A stretch of DNA of 55,308 nucleotides, from NCBI GenBank assembly GCA_042219475.1, contig JBDGPX010000042.1, positions 1 to 55,308 on the forward strand, given 5' to 3'. Below the pieces are notes generated by a model. That model worked only from the letters and a program-made list of their open reading frames with translations, ran no database searches and was not told where the DNA came from. Position numbers and translations under genes: made by a program. Positions 30,847-41,986 of this stretch are shown here, in pieces (the stretch's first letter is position 1; every line of letters begins with the position of its first letter). This DNA comes from Halobacteriales archaeon. Its GTDB lineage: Archaea; Halobacteriota; Halobacteria; Halobacteriales; Hikarchaeaceae.

Positions 30847-32172
30847 ATGGCGCAACAAAGTGATTCAACGACATATGACCGGAGCGAGAGCAAGCGGCTC
30901 CATGAGGCCGCGACATCGGTCTTCCCGGGTGGAGTGTCGCATAATATCCGGTATGCTGAACCCCACCCGATCTACGTCGCCGAGGCGTCGGGGGCGACGA
31001 TCACCGATGTCGACGGCAATGAGTACGTCGATTATTGGATGAACCATCAGACGAGCGTACTCGGTCACGCCCATCCGGACGTCGTCGAGGCCGTTCAAGA
31101 GCAGGCTGCGAAGGGACTGCACTATGGGGCGCTCAACGAGACAGCCCTCGAACTCGGCGAAAAGGTCAAGTCATTCGTGCCTTCAGCCGAGCGAGTGCGG
31201 TTCTGTGCGTCGGGGACCGAGGCTACGATGTACGCCGTCCGACTCGCCAGGGCGTTTACCGGCCGGGATCACGTCCTCAAGGCAGAGGGCGGCTGGCACG
31301 GTGGTAACACCGACCTCTCGAAGGCGATCCATGCGCCGTTCGACGAACCGGTGACGACTGGACTGCCGCCGGGGGCTGAAGAACACATCCATGCCTTCCC
31401 GGTGAACGACCGCGAGGCGGTAACAACGCTGTTGGACGAACACGAGGTGGCGGCGATCATCATCGAGCCGATGTTGCTGGCCGGCGGTGGCGTCACCTGT
31501 GACGACGGATTCCTCGAATTCCTTCGCGAGGAGACCGCAAACCGTGATATCCTGTTGATCTTCGACGAAGTCGTAACGGGGTTTCGAGTCTCGCCAGGGA
31601 GTTATCAGGCGCGTGTCGACGTGATCCCCGATATGACCACCTTCGGGAAGTTCCTCGGTGGCGGCCTGCCGGTCGGTGGTCTGGGTGGCCGGGCCGACCT
31701 CTTCGAGAACGCCCGTCCGGACGTTGACGTTCCACCAGCGGACCGAGTGTTGGCCGGCGGCGGGACATTCACCAACAACCCCATGACCGCGACCGCTGGG
31801 GTGAGGAGTCTCGAAATCGTCGAGGACGAGCCAGTCTATGAGTACACCGAATCACGGGCTGAGCGAGTCCGTGACGGATTGGCGGATATCTTCGCCGATC
31901 ACGGTATCGACGCCGTCGTCCTCGGGGAGAGCTCGCTGTTCTGTCCGCACTTCGAGCCGGAGGGCGATCTCGATACCGTCGGGGCCGTCGAGACCGGCAC
32001 GAACCGTGAGGCACTCGTCGAGTTCCACACCCGGTTGCTCGATCACGGCCACTACCATCTCCCCGGTCACATGGGGAGCGTCTCCTACCAGACCACCGAA
32101 GAACAGCTCGATGATCTCCTCAAGGCGGCCGATACGGTCGCCGGTGCAATGACATCGGAGGGGATCCTATGA
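30847..32172 (+). CDS. Class III PLP aminotransferase (GSA-aminomutase-like)
   Basis: FPGGVS, DVDGNEYVD, SGTEAT, WHG, FDEVVTGFR, FGKFLGGGLP, GTFTNNP. Confidence 0.9.
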   Translation: MAQQSDSTTYDRSESKRLHEAATSVFPGGVSHNIRYAEPHPIYVAEASGATITDVDGNEYVDYWMNHQTSVLGHAHPDVVEAVQEQAAKGLHYGALNETALELGEKVKSFVPSAERVRFCASGTEATMYAVRLARAFTGRDHVLKAEGGWHGGNTDLSKAIHAPFDEPVTTGLPPGAEEHIHAFPVNDREAVTTLLDEHEVAAIIIEPMLLAGGGVTCDDGFLEFLREETANRDILLIFDEVVTGFRVSPGSYQARVDVIPDMTTFGKFLGGGLPVGGLGGRADLFENARPDVDVPPADRVLAGGGTFTNNPMTATAGVRSLEIVEDEPVYEYTESRAERVRDGLADIFADHGIDAVVLGESSLFCPHFEPEGDLDTVGAVETGTNREALVEFHTRLLDHGHYHLPGHMGSVSYQTTEEQLDDLLKAADTVAGAMTSEGIL

Positions 32173-33161
32173 CACTCACGGCAGTCCAGTACGGCATCGG
32201 ACCGATCGGCGGACGGATCGTCGAAACCGCAGTCGACCGTGGCTTCGAGTTCGTCGGAGCGATCGATATCGACCCGGCGAAGGTCGGGGAAGATCTAGGG
32301 ACCGTTGCAGGCCTCGACCGGGAGCTTGGCGTCACCGTCACCGATGACGCTGAGGATGCACTCGCAGCCGATCCCGATGTCGTCTTTCACTCGACGCTGT
32401 CATCGATCGAGGCGGTCGCCCCACAGCTCGAGGAAGCCATGGCAGCCGGAGCGGATGTCGTTTCGACGACCGAGGAGTTGGCCTATCCCTGGCGCGACAA
32501 CCCAGCGGTGGCCGAGGAGATCGATGCAACGGCAAAGGATCATGGGACCACCTGTCTCGGCACGGGGATCAATCCGGGCTTTGCGATGGACACCCTTGCG
32601 GCCGTGCTCTCGACACCATGTCAATCGGTCGAAACGGTCCAGGTCGAGCGTGTCCAGGATGCCGGCGAGCGACGTAAACCCCTCCAGGAGAAGGTCGGCG
32701 CCGGCATGGCCGTCGATCGATGGCGCGATGAGATCGCCGCCGAGGCCGGCCACGTCGGGCTCCCCGAATCGATCGCGATGCTGGCGGGGGCTTTCGGCTG
32801 GGATCTCGACTCCGTCGAGGAGACGATCGAACCGGTCGTCGCGGATGAGCGGGCCGAAAGCGAACACTTCACCGTCGAACCGGGCGAAGCTGCGGGAATC
32901 CATCAGGTCGGTCGGGGCTTCGTTGACGGGGAGGCAGTGATCGAACTGGACCTCAAGATGTACCTCGGTGCCGGAGAGATGCTCGATGCCGTTCATCTCC
33001 GTGGCACACCCGATCTCGACGTCACCGTCGAGGGCGGGTTTCACGGCGATATCGCGACGCCTGCGGTCGTCTGTAACACAGTACCGGCGGTCCAGTCAGC
33101 CGATCCAGGATTGGCGACGATGATCGATCTGTCCACGCCGAGCTACAAACCGATCGAATGA
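32169..33161 (+). CDS. NAD(P)-dependent amine dehydrogenase / 2,4-diaminopentanoate dehydrogenase-like (DapB-like N-terminus)
   Basis: YGIGPIG Rossmann motif, VSTTEELAYP, GTGINPGF, GHVGLPES, GGFHGDIAT. Confidence 0.82.
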   Translation: MTLTAVQYGIGPIGGRIVETAVDRGFEFVGAIDIDPAKVGEDLGTVAGLDRELGVTVTDDAEDALAADPDVVFHSTLSSIEAVAPQLEEAMAAGADVVSTTEELAYPWRDNPAVAEEIDATAKDHGTTCLGTGINPGFAMDTLAAVLSTPCQSVETVQVERVQDAGERRKPLQEKVGAGMAVDRWRDEIAAEAGHVGLPESIAMLAGAFGWDLDSVEETIEPVVADERAESEHFTVEPGEAAGIHQVGRGFVDGEAVIELDLKMYLGAGEMLDAVHLRGTPDLDVTVEGGFHGDIATPAVVCNTVPAVQSADPGLATMIDLSTPSYKPIE

Positions 33162-33209
33162 GTCACCTACCGAACCATTATCGGAACCGAACCGATCGAT
33201 GGCCATCGA

Positions 33210-34208
33210 TCAGAGTCCACCGATCGCAGTGACCAGACTGTGGAGGAGGTCGCCATAGGCAAGCGTGACCAGCAGGCCGGTGAACAACGGCAGGAGAAAC
33301 GGGATGCCGGGTGAAACCCAGACGACATCGGCCTCGACGAGGAGGTCGAGCGCTTGACGGAGTTGAGGAGCGGTCGTACCGTAGGCATTACCGTCGACCG
33401 AGGCGAGAAATCGCTCAGCACCCCAGGGGTCCGGATAGGCATCGTTCGCCTGAGGATTATCGGCCATTTTAGTAAACGCGATAGTTCCATTCCCAGTATC
33501 AGCGGTCGTTTTGACGGCACCGTCGGTCGGCGGATTGGGATCGGTTGGGAGCGTGGCCGGATCGCGCGCCTGTTCGGCGTGATCACGGAGAGTGGTAAGC
33601 GAGAGCCCCCGCCACCGGAGATACATCCGAAGCGCATCGAGATCGAGTCCCTGTCGCGTCATTCCGGTCGGCGTTTCGAGGAGCCGTCCGTGGGTCGTTG
33701 GCAGCTCCGTCCACGCCACCCGGCGACCGATGAACATCGGGAGGCCGATTTCCCCGGCAAGGAGATTGCGGACCGCGAGCGCGATTGGATAGGCAAAACC
33801 GAGAATCACCGCGTTGGTGAGCACGGATATCGAAAAGACCCCGAGAGGTGGAACCGACAGCGGGAAGACCAGCCCGGCGAGTTCGTAGGTCGGATAGACC
33901 GGAAACAACACCGCCAGCACCATCAACGCCTTCGCGTCGGCGCCGCCGAATCCACCGAACCACCAGAACGCATAGGCAACCGGAATCAGAAAGCCGATGC
34001 TGATCGCCGTACGGATCGCGAACGATCGAGTGATGTAGGCCGGCTCGTCCAGCACACGAACGATATCGAGCCCCAGCGCAACCAGCGCCACCACGACGAG
34101 CGGGATCCAGACACGGTTCGGAACCCGGCGGGTGTGGTGATCACGCCAAGCGGCCCAGCCGAGGATCGGGATCGCTACCAATCGCAACACGTCGGCGGAT
34201 GTGGCCAC
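33210..34208 (-). CDS. pibD: Prepilin/prearchaellin peptidase (A24 family)
   Basis: AAWRD..TRRVPN, FGGADAKAL, VWVSPGIPFLLP; GTG start. Confidence 0.9.
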   Translation of the reverse strand: MATSADVLRLVAIPILGWAAWRDHHTRRVPNRVWIPLVVVALVALGLDIVRVLDEPAYITRSFAIRTAISIGFLIPVAYAFWWFGGFGGADAKALMVLAVLFPVYPTYELAGLVFPLSVPPLGVFSISVLTNAVILGFAYPIALAVRNLLAGEIGLPMFIGRRVAWTELPTTHGRLLETPTGMTRQGLDLDALRMYLRWRGLSLTTLRDHAEQARDPATLPTDPNPPTDGAVKTTADTGNGTIAFTKMADNPQANDAYPDPWGAERFLASVDGNAYGTTAPQLRQALDLLVEADVVWVSPGIPFLLPLFTGLLVTLAYGDLLHSLVTAIGGL

Positions 34209-34341
34209 GATCTCATGGGCGGAGCCGATGGCAATAGGTGTTGGGTCAGCCGTTCCCTCTTAAACGGATAAAACGACTAAATTGACGGCAATCCGTCCTT
34301 CAAAATCCGCCATTTGTTAAACGGGTGTTTTACTCTAATAA

Positions 34342-34731
34342 CTAGATAACGCGGTTCTGGAGGTAGTCGAGGTGCTTCGCGTTATAGACGATGCGGACCT
34401 CCTCAGTCTCGGGGGTGCCGATACAGGTCAGGCGGACGTCCTTCTCTTCGACCTCCTCGTTTGAGAGGATCTGCTGCATGTCCATGTTGATCTCGCCTTC
34501 CCTGACGATGGCGGCACAGTTCGCACAGGCGCCAGCCCGACAGGAGAACGGCCAGTCGTACCCCTGGGCCTCGGCGGCCTCAAGAATATACTCCCCTTGA
34601 TTGACTTCGAGTGTGCCGTAGTCCTGGTCATCGAGACCGGCATCGGCGGCCTTCTCGAAAAGGTCGTCGTCGTCCATTTCCCACCCATGATCGTCCAGCA
34701 CTTCGTAGTTGAGGTATTCTACCGTGGGCAT
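34342..34731 (-). CDS. fdx: Halophilic 2Fe-2S ferredoxin
   Basis: [10 protein letters not shown]...[13 protein letters not shown]...RLTC...YLQNRVI. Confidence 0.97.
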   Translation of the reverse strand: MPTVEYLNYEVLDDHGWEMDDDDLFEKAADAGLDDQDYGTLEVNQGEYILEAAEAQGYDWPFSCRAGACANCAAIVREGEINMDMQQILSNEEVEEKDVRLTCIGTPETEEVRIVYNAKHLDYLQNRVI

Positions 34732-35035
34732 CGGCGGGATTTCGCGCGCCAACTTGTTAGACCTTGCTGTTCGCGCCAGCCGCCGAGACGTCGTTACAGG
34801 TCAATTCAACGGAATTCAGCGGGCAAAATGAGGACAATCGTGATTGGTATTCGATCGAGACCAAAGGAGTACAAAGAACAAACAGCGTCGACAACGCCGA
34901 GCGAACGGCTAAACTAATCCGTTCGCGATCGACGAAGGCAGTCGGTCTCTCAAGCGCCATCAGGAATAGAGTAGAGTAGAGTCTTACCGAAAAGCCGGGG
35001 CTTTAGACAGTAGATCGTCCAACCCTGACTAACGA

Positions 35036-35767
35036 ATGGCAGCTTTCGACTCCTTCGACGTGATTCCTGCCGTCGATATGCAGGACGGCGAAGTCGTCCA
35101 ACTTGTGCAGGGTAAACGCGGGACCGAAAAGCGGTATGGCGATCCCGTCGAAGCCGCCGACCGGTGGGTCGCCGCCGGTGCTAATACCCTCCATGTCATC
35201 GATCTCGATGGAGCCTTCGAGGGGGAGCGACAGAACGCTCCGGCGGTCGATCGAATCATCGAAGCCGTCGACATCGAAATCCAGCTCGGTGGCGGCATCC
35301 GGACTGCCGAGGACGCGATGGACCTGCTCGACCGCGGGATCGATCGCGTGATTCTGGGAACGGCGGCCGTCGAAACGCCCGAGATCGTCGGCGAGATCGC
35401 TGCCGTGCATCCGGATGGCGTGATGGTCAGCCTCGATGCAAAGGATGGTGAAGTGGTCGTCTCGGGCTGGCAGGAAGGAACCGGTCTGGACCCGGCGGCC
35501 GCCGCCCAGCGCTATGAGGAACTAGGAGCGGCGGCGATCCTGTTTACGAACGTCGACGTGGAGGGCCAACTTGCCGGCGTGCGGACTGAACCGGTCGCCC
35601 GGCTTGTCGAAGCGGTGGACATTCCAGTCGTCGCCAGCGGCGGGGTTGCGACCATCGATGACATCGTCGCACTCCGGGATGTCGGGGCAGCGGCGGTCGT
35701 CGTCGGGAGCGCGCTGTATGAGGGTCGATTCTCGCTCGCCGAGGCGATCGAAGCCGCGGTCAAATAG
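35036..35767 (+). CDS. hisA: ProFAR isomerase HisA
   Basis: IPAVD, HVIDLDGA, QLGGGIR, VASGG. Confidence 0.96.
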   Translation: MAAFDSFDVIPAVDMQDGEVVQLVQGKRGTEKRYGDPVEAADRWVAAGANTLHVIDLDGAFEGERQNAPAVDRIIEAVDIEIQLGGGIRTAEDAMDLLDRGIDRVILGTAAVETPEIVGEIAAVHPDGVMVSLDAKDGEVVVSGWQEGTGLDPAAAAQRYEELGAAAILFTNVDVEGQLAGVRTEPVARLVEAVDIPVVASGGVATIDDIVALRDVGAAAVVVGSALYEGRFSLAEAIEAAVK

Positions 35768-35966
35768 CTGAACCGCCCGACTCCGAATCGGCGTCCGGGC
35801 TGGGAGTCGACTCCGTCGTCTCAGTACCGCCGGAATGGAGGTGTGGTAGTCCGAGCAGGAACCCGCCTGTGAGGAGGAGTAACAACCCCAACGGGACTGT
35901 TTCGGCCAACAGCATCGGCCCCCCGATCACCATCATCAATAAACCCAGCACCACCCGTTTGTACAT
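35760..35966 (-). CDS. Small membrane protein with acidic tail
   Basis: 68 aa with two hydrophobic segments. Confidence 0.6.
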   Translation of the reverse strand: MYKRVVLGLLMMVIGGPMLLAETVPLGLLLLLTGGFLLGLPHLHSGGTETTESTPSPDADSESGGSAI

Positions 35967-36081
35967 GGGTTATGCTGACGATTGGGTTGAGACAGCAAAT
36001 AGCCCCGTCAGACAGCCGTCAGCCGCCGTGAGGACCACAGAGAACGGAACCACCTTGTAGGTGGGCCCGCTGGATACGCGC

Positions 36082-36669
36082 ATGAGCGATCGGACGGCCG
36101 CCGTCACCCGCGAGACCGCCGAAACGACGGTTGAGTGTACGCTCGATATCGACGGCGACGGCGACGCGACGATCGATACTGGGATCGGCTTTTTCGATCA
36201 CATGCTCGAAAGCTTCGCTAAACACGGGTTGTTCGATCTGACGATCCATGCCGACGGCGATCTGCATATCGACGACCACCACACTGTCGAGGACATCGGG
36301 ATCGTCCTCGGGACGGCGTTCGCGGAGGCGCTCGGGGACAAACGGGGGATCGAGCGGTTCGCCGATCGGCGCCTACCCCTCGATGAGGCGATCGCTTCGG
36401 CAGTAATCGACCTCAGCGGCCGACCGCTCTATCGGTTCGACGGCGAGTTCTCCCAAGAGAACGTCGGGGAGTTGACCAGCACGATGGTCGGGCATTTCTT
36501 CCGGTCGCTGGCAATGAACGCCGGCGCAACGCTACATCTCGAAGTGACCGGGGAGAACGCCCACCATGAGATCGAGGCGCTGTTCAAGGCCGTCGCACGC
36601 ACGCTTGACGATGCAACGCGGGTCGACGATCGGCGAAGCGATACGCCGAGCACCAAGGGACAACTCTGA
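36082..36669 (+). CDS. hisB: Imidazoleglycerol-phosphate dehydratase
   Basis: [38 protein letters not shown]. Confidence 0.97.
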   Translation: MSDRTAAVTRETAETTVECTLDIDGDGDATIDTGIGFFDHMLESFAKHGLFDLTIHADGDLHIDDHHTVEDIGIVLGTAFAEALGDKRGIERFADRRLPLDEAIASAVIDLSGRPLYRFDGEFSQENVGELTSTMVGHFFRSLAMNAGATLHLEVTGENAHHEIEALFKAVARTLDDATRVDDRRSDTPSTKGQL

Positions 36670-37062
36670 GACGAGAACAGCAAGTGACGGCACCGCACGC
36701 TTGCATCCGATTGCCTCATGCGATCGTATTTGAAGTGGCAAGGAAGGCCAATACTCGGGGAATTATTGCCTGGATTATGAGATCAGCAAATTTTTTCAGA
36801 TTTTCGCGATGATATGCCGTATGGAAGGGGACCATCCTGTTGACATACACCATGCCATTTCCTGTGCCCCTTCCATTCCAATGTATCCCGATCCGTGAAC
36901 GCGAAGGAAACAACAGAGTGACATCCGCACCGTGATCGATAGATTCGGTAGCCACCGATCGATGGCGAAAAGTTATCCAACGATAGAGAGAATGGACCCA
37001 TATGAGCGTCCCCCAACGATCGAGCGGTGAACGGCCAGCCACTCCCGCTACTCCTGTCTGAT

Positions 37063-37575
37063 ATGGTCAGTGAATTCGAATCGATCATGGAGAAATTCGA
37101 GGGGAGCCCAAGCCAGCAGGCGGTGATCCGGCTCCTCCTCGAACGGGGCTTTTCGGTAAACGACGACGGCCGGGTGGTCTCGGGACGGATCGAAATTCCG
37201 AACACCCAGATCGCCCGGGAAATCGGGGTCGATCGCCGGGTTGTCGATTCAACAACCGATGCGATTCTCAGCGACGAGGAACTCCGGCCGATCTTCCAGA
37301 ACATCTCCTCGATCCCGAGCCTACGGGACCTCGCACCGGTGTTGGATCTGACGGTGCTCACCATCATTCCGACCAATGCCGATCAGCCCGGCATCGTCGC
37401 GGGTGTGACGACCGTCCTCGCCGACAATGGTATTTCGATCCGTCAGACCATCAGCGAGGATCCGGAATTCACCGACGACCCGGAACTGTACATCATCACC
37501 GACGATCCGATCCCGGGGGACGTGATCACCGAAATCATCGCGCTCGAGTACGTCCGCAAGGTCGAACTCGAGTGA
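37063..37575 (+). CDS. ACT-domain amino-acid-binding regulator (archaeal)
   Basis: HTH-like IAREIGVDRRVV plus ACT PGIVAGV..ISIRQ. Confidence 0.85.
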   Translation: MVSEFESIMEKFEGSPSQQAVIRLLLERGFSVNDDGRVVSGRIEIPNTQIAREIGVDRRVVDSTTDAILSDEELRPIFQNISSIPSLRDLAPVLDLTVLTIIPTNADQPGIVAGVTTVLADNGISIRQTISEDPEFTDDPELYIITDDPIPGDVITEIIALEYVRKVELE

Positions 37576-37594
37576 ACAATAGCGTTATAGAGAT

Positions 37595-37885
37595 CTATCG
37601 GGCGGCGAAGGTAACGCTGTAGATGATGACCAGATAGCCGATGGTGGTGATCGAGAAGTTCACCGTCAACAGAAAGACCGCATCGTCGAAGCCGGAGACG
37701 AATCCCGAAAACGTCGTCGCCGCGGCGGCAGCGACGATGATCGAAAACCCGACCGACAGGTAGAGCATCGACCGTCGGTCCGTCCGGAAGTACGCCCGCA
37801 CTGCGAGCCCCACCATCGTCAGACCGGTGATCACCAGCGCCGTGCTTGCGATGATATAGATCGCTTCAAGCGGTTGGATGGCCAC
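37595..37885 (-). CDS. Small 3-TM membrane protein
   Basis: LAVRAYFRT..RSMLYLSVGF. Confidence 0.75.
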   Translation of the reverse strand: MAIQPLEAIYIIASTALVITGLTMVGLAVRAYFRTDRRSMLYLSVGFSIIVAAAAATTFSGFVSGFDDAVFLLTVNFSITTIGYLVIIYSVTFAAR

Positions 37886-37986
37886 GACTTGTCGACTTGC
37901 CGTTTGACAGGCACGTACTTAAACACCGTCGCACATCAAGGATCGATCAGGCTTTTGCGGGATGCCACCGGAGTGAGCGTGTGGGG

Positions 37987-38592
37987 ATGTCATCGCCCGA
38001 TACCCCGTATCGAACCGTCGACGACCGTGGTGTCACGGAATTCGAAATCCGTGGCTCGCGGTTTATCGGACACGCGGCGCCCGCTAGAACCGTCGGCGCG
38101 GCCGAGCAATTCATCGATGAGATCGCCTCGGAGTACGCCGATGCCTCCCATAACGTCCCGGCCTATCGAATACGGGCCGACCCGCTCCGGGAGTGGGCCA
38201 GCGACGACGGCGAGCCGACCGGTTCGGCGGGCAAACCCGCGTTGAACGTCCTCCAACAGCAGGACCTCGAAAACATCGTCGTCGTGGTGACCCGATACTT
38301 CGGGGGCACCGAACTCGGCGTCGGGGGGTTAGCACGCGCGTACAGTCGCGGGGTCAAAGACGCCATTGAGGCCGCCGGCGTCAGCGAACGCAAACCCCAC
38401 GAACGGGCGATCATCACCGTCGAATACGATGATTCCGGAACTGTCCGTGGGATCCTCGAAAGCGAAGGGATCGAATTCGAGGCCAGCTATGAGACCGAAG
38501 TGACCTTCGAAGCCGTGGTCCCGATGACGAAAGCGAGCGATCTGTATGACCGCCTCCAAAGTGCCACGAGCGGACGGGCCCGAATCGATTGA
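37987..38592 (+). CDS. IMPACT/YigZ family protein
   Basis: SRFIG, ASHNVPAY, SDDGEPTGSAGKP, VTRYFGGTELGVGGL. Confidence 0.95.
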   Translation: MSSPDTPYRTVDDRGVTEFEIRGSRFIGHAAPARTVGAAEQFIDEIASEYADASHNVPAYRIRADPLREWASDDGEPTGSAGKPALNVLQQQDLENIVVVVTRYFGGTELGVGGLARAYSRGVKDAIEAAGVSERKPHERAIITVEYDDSGTVRGILESEGIEFEASYETEVTFEAVVPMTKASDLYDRLQSATSGRARID

Positions 38593-38649
38593 TCGACGCC
38601 GATTGGCGAGGCACAAGCGCTATTAGACCGACGACCATCGGCCACGGCC

Positions 38650-40710
38650 ATGGCTATGAATCGGATTACCGCAACGGATTATCACGACATCGTCAAACCG
38701 AGCGATCCACAGCTGGCACCGAACGGGGAGACCGTCGCCTTCGTTAGGCAGGAACCCCGGTCGGAAACGGAATACGAACGCACGATCTATCGGACATCAC
38801 TCGGCGGCGAGGACACCGAACGAATGACAGTCGCCGAGGGCACCGACAGCGAGCCGCGATACAGCCCATCTGGCGATCGTCTGGCGTTCGTCAGCACTCG
38901 CGGGGTAGATGATGATCGCCCACAGCTGTGGATCATGCCGACCGACGGCGGCGAGGCCCGTCAGGTCACGGACGTGATCGGCGGCGTGAGTCAGATCGCC
39001 TGGGCCCCCGATGGCGAGCGGCTCGTCTTCACCCAACGGAGTACACCCGAGGAACGAGAACAGGGAACCGACCGGGATCGGGAGACAATCGACGACGATG
39101 AAGAGACCACCGAACGGGAGGATCCTGATCCGCGGGTGATCGATCGACTGATCTATCGGGCCGAGGAGGAGTACTTCGATGGAACCCGGAGCCATGTCTA
39201 CGTCGTCGACACCGAAACCGACGAAGTCAGTCGACTGACCGACGAGGAGTACGATTTTGTTGCCCCTGAGTGGGGCGATACGACGACACTATACTACGCG
39301 GTCAAGCGAACCGGCGAACCCGACGATAACATTCAATACGATGTCTGTGCCTACGATACCGAGACGGATACCGAACAGACGCTCTTCCAGACGACGAGCT
39401 GGGAACCGACGCTTGCGGCCACCGAGGACGGGCGAATCGCCTACACGTATACTCCCGAGGATCAAGCCTCGATGCGCCAAACCGAAATCGAAGTGTATGA
39501 CCGGGACACCGAAACGACCGTGCGGGTGACCGACGGTCTCGATCGGACGGTCGGCCGTGATGGCGGTCCGGAGTGGGATCCCGCCGGCGACGAGCTGTAC
39601 TTTCTGACACCGGACGAAGGGGGTGTCGTCCTCCGCCGTGTCGCCGGCGATGGCAGCGAGGATCCGGCGGTGGTGGTTGAGGACGGTCATCTGACCGGGA
39701 TGTCGATTGGGACAGATGCCGTCGCACTCACGAAAAGCGAGTGGGACCATCCAGGGGATGTGTTCGTCACGACGCCTGGAGGGACCGAGACGAACCGACT
39801 CACCCGGATCAACCGCGAGTATCTGGATGATCGGCCGGTCCGTCAGCCCGAAGAAATCAGTTTCGAATCGCCGAACGGAACTGAACTCCAGGGATGGGTG
39901 TTGACGCCACCGGATTTCGATCCCGAGGAGACGTATCCTTTAGTAGTCGAGATCCACGGCGGGCCACACGCCATGTGGTCAACCAGCGGCACGATGTGGC
40001 ATGAGTTCCAGCTGTTGGCCGCCCGTGGATACGTCGTCTTCTGGTCGAATCCGCGTGGCTCGACGGGATACGGCGAGGAGTTCGCGATGGCGATCGAGCG
40101 TGACTGGGGGGACGTGACCATGACCGACGTCATGGCCGGCGTCGAGACGGTAACCGACCAGCCGTACGTCGACGAGGACAACCTGTTCGTGACCGGGGGG
40201 AGTTTCGGTGGGTACATGGCCGGATGGATCGTTGGCCACACCGATCGCTTCGACGGCGCAGTCGCCCAGCGGGGCGTCTACGACCTGTCCTCGTTTTACG
40301 GCTCGACGGATGCATTCAAACTGATCGAATGGGATTACGACACCGTCCCGTGGGAGGAACCGACGCTACTCTGGGAGCAGTCACCGGTTGCCGCCGCCGA
40401 TGCCGTGACGACCCCGACACTGATCGTCCACGCCGAGAACGACTTCCGAGTCCCGATCAATAACGGGGAGATGTTCTATCTGTTCTTGAAGAAAAACGGC
40501 GTCGACACCCGGTTCGTCCGGTATCCACGGGAAGGCCACGAGCTGTCACGGAGCGGTGAACCGGGTCACGTAATCGATCGGCTCGAACGGATCGCTCGCT
40601 GGTTCGACGGCTACTCCGACCATCACGACGTGCCGCGGGCGCTCGACCGAGGTGACAACGGACTCTCGGCCGCCGAGGACGGTCCAGCGGACGATACAGA
40701 CAGAGAGTAG
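38650..40710 (+). CDS. S9-family (acylaminoacyl/dipeptidyl) serine peptidase
   Basis: Beta-propeller N-terminus, IHGGPH, NPRGSTGYG, GGSFGG nucleophile, D.RVP, EGH. Confidence 0.95.
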   Translation: MAMNRITATDYHDIVKPSDPQLAPNGETVAFVRQEPRSETEYERTIYRTSLGGEDTERMTVAEGTDSEPRYSPSGDRLAFVSTRGVDDDRPQLWIMPTDGGEARQVTDVIGGVSQIAWAPDGERLVFTQRSTPEEREQGTDRDRETIDDDEETTEREDPDPRVIDRLIYRAEEEYFDGTRSHVYVVDTETDEVSRLTDEEYDFVAPEWGDTTTLYYAVKRTGEPDDNIQYDVCAYDTETDTEQTLFQTTSWEPTLAATEDGRIAYTYTPEDQASMRQTEIEVYDRDTETTVRVTDGLDRTVGRDGGPEWDPAGDELYFLTPDEGGVVLRRVAGDGSEDPAVVVEDGHLTGMSIGTDAVALTKSEWDHPGDVFVTTPGGTETNRLTRINREYLDDRPVRQPEEISFESPNGTELQGWVLTPPDFDPEETYPLVVEIHGGPHAMWSTSGTMWHEFQLLAARGYVVFWSNPRGSTGYGEEFAMAIERDWGDVTMTDVMAGVETVTDQPYVDEDNLFVTGGSFGGYMAGWIVGHTDRFDGAVAQRGVYDLSSFYGSTDAFKLIEWDYDTVPWEEPTLLWEQSPVAAADAVTTPTLIVHAENDFRVPINNGEMFYLFLKKNGVDTRFVRYPREGHELSRSGEPGHVIDRLERIARWFDGYSDHHDVPRALDRGDNGLSAAEDGPADDTDRE

Positions 40711-40835
40711 CACTACCGATCGCGCCGCTGGCGAAGGATCACTAACAGGATAAAGCAGTCAGGACATCCAGCCGATCGGATCGACTGCTGGGATGAGGAA
40801 ACAGCCCCGGTCAGTCTCGGTCGACCGAGGCCGAA

Positions 40836-41036
40836 TCAGTCGACGATGATCTCGGAATCCTCATCGAGCGTCTCCGGGCCGGCCTGCATCTCCGCTTCAT
40901 ACCGATCGATCCACTCGGCGAAACACTCCGGACAGAGCCGCTGTGAATCGATCTCGGCCCGGTCGACGGTTAAACGAACGGTCCGGGCAAGTGCGTCGGA
41001 AACGGATTCATCACAGGCATCACACGGATCTGCCAT
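40836..41036 (-). CDS. Small CxxC zinc-finger protein
   Basis: CDAC...LCPECF, acidic tail. Confidence 0.8.
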   Translation of the reverse strand: MADPCDACDESVSDALARTVRLTVDRAEIDSQRLCPECFAEWIDRYEAEMQAGPETLDEDSEIIVD

Positions 41037-41104
41037 GCCGGGAGCTGGGGGCCGACGTGTCAAAATACTTGTCGACGATAAGAGAGGTGAGATCGTGAAG
41101 GCGA

Positions 41105-41782
41105 TCAGGTCGTCCGGAATGCCCGGTCTCCGGCATCGCCCAATCCCGGCACGATAAATCCCTCCTCATTGAGGCGATCATCGATCGCGACCGTCAGTAG
41201 GTCGGCTGTCGGATACGCATCGCTAACGGTCGTGATCCCCTCCGGTGCACTCACGGCAGCAAGAACGAGCAATCGAGCTGGATCGGCCTGCTGGTCGGTG
41301 ATCCGGTCGAGGACCGCACACATCGTGCTGCCGGTCGCAAGCATCGGATCGGCGACGATCACGGTGTCGTCGGACGTAATCTCCGGGAGCTTCACGTAGT
41401 CGACGCTGATCGGGAAGAGTCCCTCCTCATCGCGTCCGGCCTCCTCATCACGCCCGGCGCTAATAACGCCCTGTTTGGCTCGGGGGAATGCTTTGAGTAA
41501 CCCCTCGACGAACGGCGTGGCAGCTCGGAGCACATTGATGATAACGACGTCATCGATACCGGTGAGCCGTTCGCCCGTCATCTCCGCAAGCGGCGTCTCG
41601 ATGGCGACGTATTCGGTCTCCATGATCCCGTCGATGATCTCATAGCCACAGATGCGACCGAGCTTCACGAGACCTTTTCGGAAAGCAACCTGTTCGGTGT
41701 CGATATCGCGGATCTTCGAGAGGGTATCCTTCGCCATCGAGTGAGTGATCAATGACGCATCCCCGCGTGTTTCGATCGTCAT
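41105..41782 (-). CDS. upp: Uracil phosphoribosyltransferase
   Basis: [25 protein letters not shown]. Confidence 0.97.
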   Translation of the reverse strand: MTIETRGDASLITHSMAKDTLSKIRDIDTEQVAFRKGLVKLGRICGYEIIDGIMETEYVAIETPLAEMTGERLTGIDDVVIINVLRAATPFVEGLLKAFPRAKQGVISAGRDEEAGRDEEGLFPISVDYVKLPEITSDDTVIVADPMLATGSTMCAVLDRITDQQADPARLLVLAAVSAPEGITTVSDAYPTADLLTVAIDDRLNEEGFIVPGLGDAGDRAFRTT

Positions 41783-41986
41783 ATGCGACCATCCCACAGC
41801 CACGGCGTTGAAGATACTGGTCTCGGTCCAGTCGTCTGCTCCACCCGGAATTCAACGAATATCGAACAGTGATCTATTTCTCAAAAAATTGATAAAATAC
41901 GTCCGAAATATCAGTTAAATCCTAAATTTTTTACAATATCTTTAATAGCTCAACACGAATCACACCCCGCTGGGGCGTGACAACAC

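Noticed and set aside
30847-32172. Assigning hemL
   Set aside because: Family-level similarity only; its context with an amine dehydrogenase suggests a paralogue.
34255-34330. TTAAACGG repeated twice between pibD and fdx
   Set aside because: Only two short copies in an AT-rich terminator/promoter zone; insufficient support.
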